Shown: piece after piece, positions 39,405-49,862 of the stretch
Layout of the letters: each line of letters opens with the position of its first letter
How positions within the stretch are numbered: position 1 is the stretch's first letter
NCBI GenBank assembly: GCA_963816185.1
Contig: CAWFJJ010000029.1
Coordinates: 384,001-448,000, forward strand
Origin: Thermoanaerobaculia bacterium
Lineage (GTDB): Bacteria; Acidobacteriota; Thermoanaerobaculia; UBA5066
DNA: 64,000 bases
Direction: 5' to 3'
The notes under the pieces: model-generated
What the model was told of the DNA's origin: nothing
The model's input: the letters and a program-made list of their open reading frames with translations, nothing else
The model's database searches: none
Translations under genes and position numbers: made by a program

Positions 39405-40215
39405 GGGCGAACGCGAGCGTTGTCCTGACGCGCGCCTCGTCGAGTGTTTCGAGGGGCAGTGCGCCGTCCCTCTTTCCGAGCTTTCTTCCGTCGGGACCGA
39501 GGACGAGAGGAAGGTGCGCGTACGTTTGGGTCGGAAAGCCGAGGGCCCGCTGGAGCGCGATCTGGCGGGCCGTCGAGTCGAGGAGGTCCGCGCCGCGCAC
39601 GACCTGTGTCACGCCCTGCGCGGCGTCGTCCACGACGACCGCGAGCTGGTACGCGAATGGACCGTCGGCGCGCTTCACGACGAAGTCGCCGACGGAGACC
39701 TCGAGATTTTCGGAGATGGGACCGAAGAGAAGATCTTCGAAGGTGAAGAGGCCGGGGGGAACGCGGAAGCGGTAGGCGCGGGCCGCCCTGCCGGGCTGCA
39801 GTCCGGAGCGGCACGTGCCGGGGTAGATCGACGAAGGGGACTCCGAAGGCGCTTCGTCGACGCGCACGGGTGCCGACGCCGCCCGCTCGATGTCCGCTCT
39901 CGAGCACGCGCAGGTGAAAACCATCTTCTTTCTAAGAAGATCTTCAAGCGCCATCTCGTAATGCCAGAGACGGAGAGACTGACAAACAACCTCCCCATCC
40001 CACGTCAGGCCGTAGCGTTCGAGCGCGGGAAGGATCTCGTCCGCGGCGCCGGGCACGACGCGAGGCGTGTCGAGATCCTCCATCCGCACGAGCCACCTCC
40101 CGCCCGCGGCGCGCGCAAACAGCCACGAACCGAGTGCCGCAACGAGGCTGCCCAGGTGCAGAGGACCGGTGGGAGAGGGCGCAAATCGCCCGGTGACGCC
40201 GCGTGAGAGACTCAC
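39271..40215 (-). CDS. gluQ: tRNA glutamyl-Q(34) synthetase
   Basis: GRFAPSPTGPLHLGS, RMEDLD, C.CSR, YPGTCR, AYQLAVVVDD, VRGADL, KLGK; no anticodon-binding domain. Confidence 0.93.
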   Translation of the reverse strand: MSLSRGVTGRFAPSPTGPLHLGSLVAALGSWLFARAAGGRWLVRMEDLDTPRVVPGAADEILPALERYGLTWDGEVVCQSLRLWHYEMALEDLLRKKMVFTCACSRADIERAASAPVRVDEAPSESPSSIYPGTCRSGLQPGRAARAYRFRVPPGLFTFEDLLFGPISENLEVSVGDFVVKRADGPFAYQLAVVVDDAAQGVTQVVRGADLLDSTARQIALQRALGFPTQTYAHLPLVLGPDGRKLGKRDGALPLETLDEARVRTTLAFALRALGQEPREGTPHEILEQARAHFSPARIPREPRRVPAEGRQPG

Positions 40216-40247
40216 CGCGCGAGGTTAACTCGCTAAATGCCAGCCGC

Positions 40248-40276
40248 TTGACGCGGCCGTGCCCATTCCTTACGAT
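40248..40276 (+). promoter_or_regulatory. sigma70 promoter of tRNA-Asn
   Basis: TTGACG-17 bp-TACGAT. Confidence 0.7.
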
Positions 40277-40341
40277 CCACCGCTCTTTCGCGTCTTTCTG
40301 CGCGGCCCGCTACGCGCCGAAAAGCGGTGGTCTTTTTACAT

Positions 40342-40416
<75 letters not shown>

Positions 40417-40426
40417 ACTTCCTTCC

Positions 40427-40492
40427 CCGCGAACGCATGGCGTTCGCGGTTAACACGAACCCCGCGACGACCTCGCGGGGTTCTTCGCATTT
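40427..40492 (+). terminator. Tandem hairpins/terminator after tRNA-Asn
   Basis: CCGCGAACGC-ATG-GCGTTCGCGG and GAACCCCGCGA-CGACC-TCGCGGGGTTC-TTCGCATTT. Confidence 0.6.
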
Positions 40493-40670
40493 GGGCGCCA
40501 TAAAAAGGAAGAAATGATTCTCCGTTGGATCCGATGGTGGAGCGAGCTCTGAGAACGCTGTGACCTGCTCGAACTCGGTCCGCGTCAGTGACCGCGAGCC
40601 GCTCTCTCGGGCGATTCTTGTCGAGAGCGGCAGAGACTGGTTAACGGCGAGCTGATTGCCGGGGTCCGGG

Positions 40671-40902
40671 GAGGCGAGTAAATAACCCACCTCAGGGGGG
40701 TCAGTTTCGAGCGCGTACGGGCTGGAGGCGACCTCGACGAATCCATCAGTGAATTGGCGAAGTGACTGATTAATAGACACTTAGTCCAGTCGCTCGAGCC
40801 AGTGCCGGAGTCCCGTTCTCGCGCCAACGCTGCGGTTCATAAATACCCAGGGTTATTTACTCGCCTCTCCCGAATCGCCGCGACGTGGCCCAACGTCGCG
40901 CG
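40671..40902 (+). repeat. Left end repeat
   Basis: Internal 18-bp IR GAGGCGAGTAAATAACCC (40671-40688) / GGGTTATTTACTCGCCTC (40850-40867). Blocks match the reverse complement of 53598-53826. Confidence 0.8.
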
Positions 40903-41053
40903 AGAAAAGCGCGCCGCTGGCCGCAGTGGCGGCCCTTCGGGCCAATCCGATCTGGCCGCAGCGGCCCTCTGGTTTACCTTGCCTTGTTCACCAGAGAGAG
41001 CGTCCATGTCCGTCGATAGCGGCGCCTTAAGGCCGCGGAAAAGGAGGGAAAGC

Positions 41054-41606
41054 GTGAATAGAGCGTCGAACGCGGTACGAAACGCGACGACGCCGCCGTG
41101 GTGCGCACTGCGGCCGAACTCGCGGCCCTCGCCGAGATGACGGGCGCCGAGATGGCGGAGAAATACCTCGTTCTGTTCGGGCAACCGGCCCGCTCCCGGA
41201 ACAAGGACTTCCTCAGGAAGCGCCTCGCCTGGCGCATCCAGGAACTGGCCGAAGGAGGTCTTTCGGAGCGGGCCCTCGCCCGCATCGAAGAGCTCGGGGC
41301 GGACGCTCTCACTGCAAGGCGGCGTCCGGCACGACCGCGAACGTCTTCCCCGACATCGCCGCCAGTCCACGGGATGCCGCGCGTGACCCGCGACTCCCGC
41401 CCGCCGGGACCGTAGTCCGGCGCGTCCACGGCACGACCGAGCACAGCGTGACCATCCTCGACGACGGCTTCGAGTACGACGGTGAGCGGTACCGCTCCCT
41501 CTCGAAGATCGCCCGCGTCATCACCGGCACCCCCTGGAACGGCTATCTCTTCTTCTTCGGGCGGGCGAACGGCACGAAGTCCCGGGCTGGAGCGCAGGGA
41601 CGATGA
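41054..41606 (+). pseudogene. DUF2924 protein, frameshifted
   Basis: [24 protein letters not shown], then in a shifted frame [40 protein letters not shown]. Confidence 0.8.
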
Positions 41607-42939
41607 AGAGCCGGCGGAAACCCGCGCCGGAAGTCGCTCCCGAGACCCGCCGCTGCGCCATCTACACCCGGAAGTCGACCTCGGTCGGCCTCGAGCAGGA
41701 TTTCAACTCCCTCGACGCCCAGAGGGAGGCCTGCGCCGCGTACATCAAGAAGCAGCCCGGCTGGAGCCTCGTCGACGACCGCTATGACGACGGCGGCTTC
41801 ACCGGCGCGAACATCGAGCGTCCTGCCTTCCAGAGGCTCCTGGCCGACATCGACGCCAGGAAGATCGACGTCGTGGTCGTCTACAAGGTCGACCGCCTCA
41901 GCCGGTCGCTCCTCGACTTCGCGAAGCTGATGGAGCGGTTCAGCCGGGCCGGAGCCTCCTTCGTCTCCGTCACCCAGAACTTCTCCACCGCCGACGCTAT
42001 GGGGCGGCTGACCCTGAACATGCTCATGTCCTTCGCCGAGTTCGAGAGGGAGATGATCGGCGAGAGGACGCGCGACAAGATCGCAGCGGCCCGCCGGAAG
42101 GGAAAGTGGACAGGCGGCCCGGTCCCCCTCGGCTACACGGTCAAGGAAAAGCGACTTGTCGTAAACGAGGCCGAGGCGGTCCTCGTGCGCGAGATCTTCG
42201 CCCTCTACCTCGAGCAGCGGTCGGCTCTAGCGGTCGCCCGGCTCCTGAACGAACGCCGTCATCCGTCGACAGCAGACGTGGGCGCGGACGGCAAGCCCCG
42301 CGGAGCCCACCCCTGGACGAACGCCGACGTGCTGCGACTGTCATCAAGGACGCCCATCTACGCGGGCTACATGCAGGAGTCACGGCGAGCTGTACGACGG
42401 AGAGCACGAGGCCATCGTCGAACGCGAGACGTTTGCGCGAGCACGAGCTCTCCTGGACGGGGCGTCACGGAAAATGAACGATCCGTCCCGCAACCCGGAC
42501 TACATCCTGCGGGGGCTACTCCGCTGTGCATGCTGCGGCTCGGCTTTCACGCCTGCCTCGACCCGAAAGGGGACGGAACGAATACCGCTACTACCGCTGC
42601 ATCAGGAGGGACAAGGAAGGCAGGGAGGCGTGCCCCTCGTCGCCTCTCCCGGCCGACGCCATCGAGGCATACGTGATCGAGCGGCTCAGGGAGTTTGCGG
42701 CGGAAGGAACCATGCCGATGCCGCCGAGATCGAGACCTCGTGGGTCGCACGCTGCCTCGCCGACTTCGATTCCATCTGGGACGTCCTGACGCCTGCAGAA
42801 CCGGGGCCGGCTGGTACGCGCTGTCGTCGAAGCAGTCGAGGTCGACGAGCCAGCGAACCGGGTCAGGGTCCTCATAGTCGAGCCCAGCGACGGGCCTCGG
42901 CACGCTCCCGACCGAGGGCCATGCGAGGTGCTCGCGTGA
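41603..42939 (+). pseudogene. Large serine recombinase, several frameshifts in the 3' half
   Basis: [32 protein letters not shown]. Zn ribbon [11 protein letters not shown] and YRYYRC..CP lie in other frames. Confidence 0.88.
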
Positions 42940-43323
42940 GTACGCGGGGCGCGAGAGTCATAGACGGCGAGCTTCATCGGGTCCGGCACGGACGGCGGAA
43001 GCGATTCGTTGCCATCGCGTCGCCAGGGCCCTCTGCATCGCCCGGCCCGCGTCGCCGTCACACTCGCCCTCGCCCACAAGATCCGGCAGGGGATCGAGAG
43101 CGGAGAGATTCGGGATCAGGCGGAGGCCGCGAAGAATTCTCGGCCTAACTCGGGCGCGGCTCTCCCAGATCCTCGACCTTACGAATCTCGCGCCGGACCT
43201 TCAGGAAGAGATCCTCTTCCTCGAAGCGATCGACGGACGCGAGCCCATGAGTGAGCGGGCGCTGAGAGGAGTGGTTGGTGTCGACGGCGTGGGCCGAGCA
43301 GCGGCTGCGGAGAACGAAATAAG
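42936..43323 (+). pseudogene. LSR-associated small hypothetical protein, frameshifted
   Basis: Fragments RPARVAVTLALAH..DQAEA, RARLSQILDL.NLAPDLQEEILFL, SERALR. End approximate. Confidence 0.6.
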
Positions 43324-43466
43324 GCTCCATACGAATAAGCCGCAAGGGCAACTAGGCCTAGCTTGCAAAGGCGGCTACATGCCAGTGAGCCCACTCGCGG
43401 CCGATCATCTGCCACGAGCTGGATCGGCATTGGTTCTCCGGTTACCTGCTAAACTCTGACCTTGCC

Positions 43467-44768
43467 ATGACGATTGGTGTGGGCACGACAATCACACACG
43501 GCACCGACCGATACGAGGTGACGCGGACGCTGGGCTCCGGCGGCTTTGGAAGTACATTTGTTGCGGTACGTCGGTCCCCAGATAGAACACCCGTTGACGT
43601 TGTAATAAAGGTCCCGGCTCCGCACGTATTGACTGATCCAATCTGGGCGCAGAAATTTGCTCGTGAGGCGAGGATTCTCGCCAACGTTCATCATCCGAAC
43701 GTCGTCAGGATTATCGCGTACTGGGAGTTTGCGAAATCAGGCGAGAAGGCTCTCGTCCAGGAACTCGTCTTGGGTGCTAAGGAACTTCCAGACTATATTG
43801 CGGGACATCCCGATTCAACCGGCTCGCTCTTGCTGCAGACACTCTACGCGATGCACGCATTTCACAGCGCGGCATCGCCTGCCGCCGTTCACAGGGACCT
43901 TTCGCCGAGGAATATCTTGGTTTCAGATTCAGGTGTCATCAAGGTCATCGATTTTGGCCTCGCCAAGGAGGATCCTCGTGCGACTCAGACGCTAACACTG
44001 ACCGGCGACTCGTTCGGAACTCCGGGCTGCATGTCGCCTGAGCAAGTAGCTGACGCCGGCTCCGTTGATCACCGAACGGATCTCTTCGCCGTAGGGCGAT
44101 CCTTCGCGGCCGCCTTACAGCGCCGGCACCCTCAGGTTGCGCGGCCAGACAAGCTGGCGGAACCATGGAAGACCCTGTGCATGAAGCTTGCGGAGGACGA
44201 TCGGGACGACCGCCCAGCGAATGCTGAGGCGGCCACCTCTGAGGTCTTTCGTGAGATGTTGCGATTCGGTGCAAAGCTCGAGCATCTGGCAATGCACGCA
44301 GTTGAAATGAGCAAGCGTGTCGTCCTGGCGGGATGGCCCGAGTTGTGCGAGCGGGAACTATTGGCGATGGGCGATTTCGATCAGGCGGCAGTTCGTCTCA
44401 TGGAGAGTCTGAGCCCTGGCGTGTTTGCGCCATCCTTCGACGCGCCTAAGCTCTTTGACCTGTTAGAGAAATCCTCCGCTGTCGCGAATGTTAGCTCCGG
44501 CAGCGCCGATTTCGAGGACGCTGATCCGCTTGGTGTCGTGTACGCGCGCCTCTATCGGTATTTGGATCCGGCTCGCAAGATGGCCTGCTTCGCACGGGTA
44601 TGCAAGGCGGCTGTGCTAATGCACAGGTACTCAGTCATGCAGGATGTGAGGGTAATCTACGGAGCAGAGTCTAATCCGGCGATTCAGGCCCAACTTGTGA
44701 GCGTCCTAAATACCGAGGATCCGCGCCGAGCTATTGAAGGGCGGGGCGTGTTGCCTAGAACGCCGTAG
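43467..44768 (+). CDS. Cytoplasmic Ser/Thr protein kinase with unknown helical C-terminal domain
   Basis: GSGGFG, VIK, HRDLSPRN, DFGLAK, GTPGCMSPEQ; no TM; atypical codon usage. Confidence 0.88.
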   Translation: MTIGVGTTITHGTDRYEVTRTLGSGGFGSTFVAVRRSPDRTPVDVVIKVPAPHVLTDPIWAQKFAREARILANVHHPNVVRIIAYWEFAKSGEKALVQELVLGAKELPDYIAGHPDSTGSLLLQTLYAMHAFHSAASPAAVHRDLSPRNILVSDSGVIKVIDFGLAKEDPRATQTLTLTGDSFGTPGCMSPEQVADAGSVDHRTDLFAVGRSFAAALQRRHPQVARPDKLAEPWKTLCMKLAEDDRDDRPANAEAATSEVFREMLRFGAKLEHLAMHAVEMSKRVVLAGWPELCERELLAMGDFDQAAVRLMESLSPGVFAPSFDAPKLFDLLEKSSAVANVSSGSADFEDADPLGVVYARLYRYLDPARKMACFARVCKAAVLMHRYSVMQDVRVIYGAESNPAIQAQLVSVLNTEDPRRAIEGRGVLPRTP

Positions 44769-45184
44769 TGCCGTCGTCCGCGGCGGCCGCCCTCAGAATC
44801 CGGGTGACCTTCGATTCGCACCGGCGCTCTTCGCTCTTCGGCGTCGACGGTGTCGAGTGCCCGGAGAGTCACTTCATTACCCTCGGTCCCGGGCTTGACC
44901 TCTGGAGCTGGCGCACTAGGTGTTGCGGCGACGTGTGGGGCTGCAACGGGAAGTGCGGCGGGTGTTGGCTCTACTCTGAAGCACCCGACGCTGCTAAAAG
45001 GCCCTCCATCGCCTAGACAGCCCGGCCGATCTACGTGCAGAAGGTGGAAGTTCTCAGATTCCCAGGGATGTGCGCGTCACCTTCAACGTCAATAACTTGT
45101 TTGATCCGTCACTCTTTCGTGCCGATAACGCGTGTATCGTCAGCGAGTTACAAGTTATGCGATCGGACGTGGTACGAGCAGTCA

Positions 45185-45250
45185 TTGACAGAAGGATCTA
45201 AAAGGACTTAAATTCGTCCTTGTCAGTCCTTGTTAAGGACGAACGAAGGA
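45185..45250 (+). promoter_or_regulatory. sigma70 promoter overlapped by an AAGGAC/GTCCTT repeat array
   Basis: TTGACA 45185 with TTAAAT/TAAATT ~17-18 bp later. AAGGAC at 45202 and 45235, GTCCTT at 45216 and 45226. Confidence 0.7.
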
Positions 45251-45260
45251 GTCATCCGTT

Positions 45261-46265
45261 ATGAGCATGCCCGTCACGGAACCCTGCCCCTGGTGCGGTA
45301 GCGAGATTTCTCACGACCGGTTCCTGGAGATCCAGCAGCGCATTCGCGCCGAGGAACAGGCGCGCGTGAAAGTGATGGAGGCCGACTTCAAAAAGCGAGA
45401 GGTACTCGTTCGACAGCAGGCCGAGGCCGAGGTCAACAAGAAGGTCCTCCTCGCGAAGGAACAGACGGAGCAGCAGTGGAAGAAGCTCGTCGCCGACCAG
45501 CGTGCCTCGCTCGAGAAAGAGCGCGATGGCCTGCTACTCAAGAGCCAGGCCGACCACGCGCGGGTGAATGCGGCGCTCCAGAAGAAGATCCTCGAGCTTC
45601 AGCGGCAGGTCGAGCGCAAGACGGCCAACGACATCGGCGACGGCGCTGAGATCGACGTGTACGAGGCGCTGCGCGACGTGTTCCCGGGCGACAAGATCAC
45701 GCGGGTCGAGAAGGGCCAGCCCGGAGGGGACATCCTCCACGAGGTCCTCTACAAGGGCGCGTCCTGCGGAAAGATTCTCATCGACGCCAAGATGCGCCAG
45801 CAGTGGAAGTACGAGTTCGTGAACAAACTGCGCGCCGACCAGACCGAAGCCGGGGCCGAGCACGCGATCCTCGCGACGACCGCGTTCCCGGAGGGTAAGA
45901 AGGAACTCGCCATCGAGTCCGACGTCATCCTCGTCAGCCCGGCGAGGACTGTGCACATCGTCAGCCTCCTCCGGAAGGCGATGGTCCAGACCCACGTGAG
46001 CGGCCTAAGCGTCAAAGAACGCGCCACGAAGATGAGCAAGCTCTACGAGTTCATCACGAGCCCAACCTACGCGCAGCGCGTTCGGGAAGCCGAGAAACTC
46101 ACGGACGACATCCTGGAGCTTGACGTGCAGGAGAAGAAGGCTCACGACAACGTCTGGAAAAAGCGGGGCACCTATACCATCCGGCTTAACGCCGTCCTTC
46201 GCGAGGTCGACACGGACGTCGCGAGCATCATCGAGTCGCGCGAACCTGCCATCTCGGCGGCCTAG
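45261..46265 (+). CDS. DUF2130 protein (CxxC, coiled coil, PD-(D/E)xK-like nuclease)
   Basis: CPWCG, long heptad region, G..AE..L...FPGD.I..V.KG..GGDILH..GKILIDAK..W..KL..DQ. Confidence 0.8.
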   Translation: MSMPVTEPCPWCGSEISHDRFLEIQQRIRAEEQARVKVMEADFKKREVLVRQQAEAEVNKKVLLAKEQTEQQWKKLVADQRASLEKERDGLLLKSQADHARVNAALQKKILELQRQVERKTANDIGDGAEIDVYEALRDVFPGDKITRVEKGQPGGDILHEVLYKGASCGKILIDAKMRQQWKYEFVNKLRADQTEAGAEHAILATTAFPEGKKELAIESDVILVSPARTVHIVSLLRKAMVQTHVSGLSVKERATKMSKLYEFITSPTYAQRVREAEKLTDDILELDVQEKKAHDNVWKKRGTYTIRLNAVLREVDTDVASIIESREPAISAA

Positions 46266-46269
46266 TCCG

Positions 46270-47211
46270 ATGAGCGCCGTCCCCGACAACGTCGTCCGTC
46301 ACTGGCAGGAACGCCGCCTGGGCAGAACCATCCTCCGGACCTACCGGGACACCGTCGACATTGACGAGTGCGTCCCGAACCTCAAGCAGCCACGCATGGG
46401 GCCAAAGGAGGACCCGGAGCTCCAGCGCCAGATCGAAGCGAACGAGGGCATCTTCGAGCCGCTCCTCCTCGAGCCACACCCGGAACTGCCCGGGAAATAC
46501 CGAATCATCGATGGCGACCGGCGTTGGACGAACAGCAAGGTCCTCGTCGACACCCAGAAGAAGAATCTCTACCGCCCGCTCCCCGCGGAAATCACGGACC
46601 ACACCCTCACGGACGAAGAGCGATTCAGGGTCTGGATCTACATCCACCGCCAGCGAAGGGAATGGGAGTCTAAAGAAAAGGAAATGGTCGCCTACAGCCT
46701 CGTCACGATGGTCGGGCGAGCGAGCGCCGCCAACATCCTCGGCATAACCGTGCGCGACCTCGACAAACTCGTCGACATCTACGAGCTGAGCGACAAGCTT
46801 ACGACCCTTCCCGAGCCGGGCGCCAGCATCACGTGGGCGCGTGAGATCAAGAACCTCAACCGGAAGCTCCTTAACCCGACGACGCTCGACACCATCGTCC
46901 AGCGGATCAATGACAACGAGATCACGAACAGCAAGGACATCCGGAAGCTCCGAAAGATCCTCAAGGACCCCGTCGCCCGCGACCACTTCCTGAAACCGGA
47001 CGGCAGTATCGAGACCGCCCTCGAACAACTCGCGCCCGCGCCGTCAAAGAAGGCTGGAGGCCTCGTCGGCGACCTCCAGGAGCTGGGCGAGACTCTCAAG
47101 CGCTATCCCTGGACGACCCTGGCCGCCAGCAGAGGAGACGCGGAGCTACTCCGGACCCTCGAACAGACCGAGAAGCTCCTTAAAGACCTAAAGAAGGCTC
47201 TCGGACGTTGA
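46270..47211 (+). CDS. ParB/Srx N-terminal-domain protein
   Basis: PN..QPR, IFEPL, YRIIDGDRRW, HTH-like AANILGIT. Starts 4 bp after the DUF2130 stop. Confidence 0.85.
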   Translation: MSAVPDNVVRHWQERRLGRTILRTYRDTVDIDECVPNLKQPRMGPKEDPELQRQIEANEGIFEPLLLEPHPELPGKYRIIDGDRRWTNSKVLVDTQKKNLYRPLPAEITDHTLTDEERFRVWIYIHRQRREWESKEKEMVAYSLVTMVGRASAANILGITVRDLDKLVDIYELSDKLTTLPEPGASITWAREIKNLNRKLLNPTTLDTIVQRINDNEITNSKDIRKLRKILKDPVARDHFLKPDGSIETALEQLAPAPSKKAGGLVGDLQELGETLKRYPWTTLAASRGDAELLRTLEQTEKLLKDLKKALGR

Positions 47212-47289
47212 AATGGCCGGCGAAGTGCTCGATGACGCGGCCCTCGTCAACAGCTTAAAGAGGCGGCTTCTCACGAGCGAGGTGACATC

Positions 47290-48591
47290 GTGAGAATCCG
47301 CGACCGCGTCGTCGAGCTCCGCCGCATCCCGGCGGGCTCGCTCCTCCCGAACCCGAAGAACTGGCGACGGCATCCGAAGGCGCAGGCCGACGCCCTTCGC
47401 GGCCTGCTCTCCGAAATCGGTTACGCCGATGCCCTCCTGGCTCGCGAAACGCCCGAGGGCTTGATGATCATCGACGGACACCTCCGTGCCGAGACGACAC
47501 CAGACACCGTCGTGCCGGTCCTCGTGCTTGACGTCACGGAGGCCGAGGCCGACAAGCTCCTCCTGAGCCTCGACCCGCTCGCGGCGATGGCCGAAGGGGA
47601 CACCGATGCCCTTCGCGCCCTCCTCGAGCAGGTCGAAACCGACAGCGACGCCGTCCAGAAGATGCTCGACGGCCTCGCCAAGGAGTACGGCGCGCAGCCT
47701 GGCCCGAAGCCTCTCGACGACCCCGGTCCGAGGTTCGACGAGGCTGAGGAGCTCAGGAAGAAGTGGGGCGTCGAGCTCGGGCAGCTCTGGGTGCTCGGCG
47801 AGCACCGGCTTCTCTGCGGCGACTCCACGAACCCCGCCGACGTCAGCGAGGCTCATGAACGGCGCGCGTGCCGTCCTCTTCGCGACCGACCCGCCGTACC
47901 TCGTCGGGTACGACGGGACGAATCACCCCGGAACCAAGGCAAGCGAGAAGCGCTTCTCGCTCAACACCGACTGGTCGGGCACCTACGGACAGGCGTGGGA
48001 CGAGGCGGACGCGGCGCAGAACTCCGACCTCTACGACCGCTTCATCAAGGTTGCAGTCGAGGTCGCGATTCTCCCCAACGCCGCCTGGTACTGCTGGCAT
48101 GCCTCGCGACGGCAGCGGATGGTCGAGGAGAGCTGGGAGAAGAACGGGGCATTCGTCCACCAGCAGATCATCTGGAACAAGCCGAACAGGCCGATCCTCA
48201 CGCGCTCCTGGTACCTGTGGGCGCACGAGCCCTGCTTCTTCGGCTGGCTGAAGGGAAAGAAGCCGCCGAAGGAGACCGTCGATTACGGGCGCACGGTCTG
48301 GGAGATCGACGCGGCCTCAATGACGATGAGCGTCCCGACCACCCGACCCCGAAGCCCCTCGACTGCTTCGCGATCCCCATGCGCCAGCACACGAAGGTCG
48401 GCGACGTCTGCTACGAGCCCTTCAGTGGCAGCGGGAGCCAGATCATCGCCGGGGAGCGCGAAGGCCGACGCGTTTACGCGATCGAGATCTCGCCCGCCTA
48501 CGTGGCCGTGACCCTCGAGCGGTGGGCCGAGGCGACTGGCGGTAAGCCGCAATCGAATCAGACGCCGGCGCGTACGGCGAAGGTGCGAGTG
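47290..48591 (+). pseudogene. ParB-like N-domain plus N6A/N4C DNA methyltransferase, frameshifted
   Basis: PNPKNWRRHP..IIDGHLR, HRLLCGDST, TDPPY (shifted frame), HPTPKP, EPFSGSGS. Confidence 0.82.
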
Positions 48592-49038
48592 ATGGCCCGC
48601 CCCACACTTCTCACGCCCGAGCGCCATAAGGCGATCGTCGCAGCGATTCGGGCCGGAGCCTTCGACTGGATCGCCGCCGAGGCCAACGGCATCGACCGGC
48701 AGACTTTCAAGCTCTGGATGCGGAAGGGCATGCGGAAGAAGAGGGAGCCCTATCTCTCTTTCGTCCACGACGTCCGTACCGCGCGCGCCCAGGCCCGTCT
48801 CTCCGCCGAGATCGAGGTCAGGAAGGAACAGCCGTTCAGCTGGCTGCGCTTCGGCCCGGCCGCGAGCGTGACGGGGAAGAAGGCTGGACGGAGTCGTCCG
48901 AGATCAAGCACTCCGGATCCGTTCGGCGTCATGTACTCGCAGGAGTGGACGATCATCTCAGTCGCCATCGAAACGGCGCTCGAGAGCTACCCCGAAGCGA
49001 AGCTGGCCGTAGCAGAGGCCTTGAAGAGGCTCGCGTAG
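48592..49038 (+). CDS. TerS-like HTH protein (probable internal compensating frameshifts)
   Basis: MARPTLLTPE..IVAAIRAG..AA..GI..TF..W; directly upstream of terL. Confidence 0.55.
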   Translation: MARPTLLTPERHKAIVAAIRAGAFDWIAAEANGIDRQTFKLWMRKGMRKKREPYLSFVHDVRTARAQARLSAEIEVRKEQPFSWLRFGPAASVTGKKAGRSRPRSSTPDPFGVMYSQEWTIISVAIETALESYPEAKLAVAEALKRLA

Positions 49039-49862
49039 TGCTAGCCCGGAACCTTGAGCTCCGCCTCGACCCGGCCGCGATCATGGAGCGGGCCGGGATG
49101 CCGCCCGACCCGTGGCAGGTCCGGCTCCTGAGGTCGAGGAACGAGCGGACCCTTCTTCTGTGCTCGCGTCAGAGCGGCAAGAGCACGGTGACGGCCGCGA
49201 TGGCGCTCCACGAGGTCCTCTTCCGGCCGAAGTCCCTCGTGCTTCTTCTGAGCCCGTCCCTCCGTCAGTCGCAGGAGCTGTTCCGGAAGGTCACCGACTT
49301 CAGGAACAGGCTCGGCGAGCCGATCGCGATCGCCGAGGAGTCGGCGCTTCGCGTCGAGCTTCAGAACGGCTCGCGCATCGTCGCCCTGCCCGGAACTGAG
49401 GAGACCGTCCGTGGCTTCTCGGGCGTCGGCTCCTCATCGTCGACGAGGCCGCGCGCGTGGACGACCCGCTCTACTTCTCGATCCGTCCGATGCTCGCCGT
49501 CTCGGGCGGCCGGATGGTGTGCCTCACGACGCCGTTCGGGAAGCGTGGGTTCTTCTACGAGGAGTGGACCGGCGACGGCCCGTGGGACCGCATCAAGGTC
49601 ACGGCGAGGGAGTGCCCGAGGATCTCGGCGAAGTTCCTCGCGGAGGAGCGAGCCTCACTCGGCGAATGGTGGTACCAGCAGGAGTACGAGTGCTCGTTCT
49701 CGGACACGACGGACCAGTTCTTCCGGACCGTCGACGTCGAGCGGGCCTTCTCGGACGAGGTCACGCCGCTCTTCCCGGATGCGCCGCCGCTCGCAGCCGC
49801 TGTCCCTTCCCTCTGGCGACGTCTTCCTCGACGACATCGAGCCGCATCACGGAGTCCGAGCA
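49038..49862 (+). pseudogene. Terminase large subunit ATPase domain, frameshift near 49430
   Basis: PDPWQ, CSRQSGKS (Walker A), NGSRI..RG, LIVDEAARV (Walker B), TTPFGKRGFFY, QEYECSF. End approximate. Confidence 0.82.

Noticed and set aside
40832-40862. GCGGTTCATAA-ATACCC-AGGGTTATTTA as a dif/Xer site
   Set aside because: The XerD arm does not match TTATGTTAAAT, and the XerC-like half is not conserved in the right-end copy.
44768-45016. Cys-rich 82-aa ORF (CCGDVWGCNGKCGGCW) as a RiPP precursor
   Set aside because: No SD or leader motif and far from lanM. The Cys/Trp/Gly richness is what the antisense of an Ala/Pro/Thr-codon-rich stretch produces. Not excluded, since its GTG overlaps the kinase stop, but unsupported.
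47290-49038. 582-aa ParB-MTase-TerS fusion in the ORF track
   Set aside because: The middle is out of frame (DPPY lies in another frame); the long ORF results from compensating indels.
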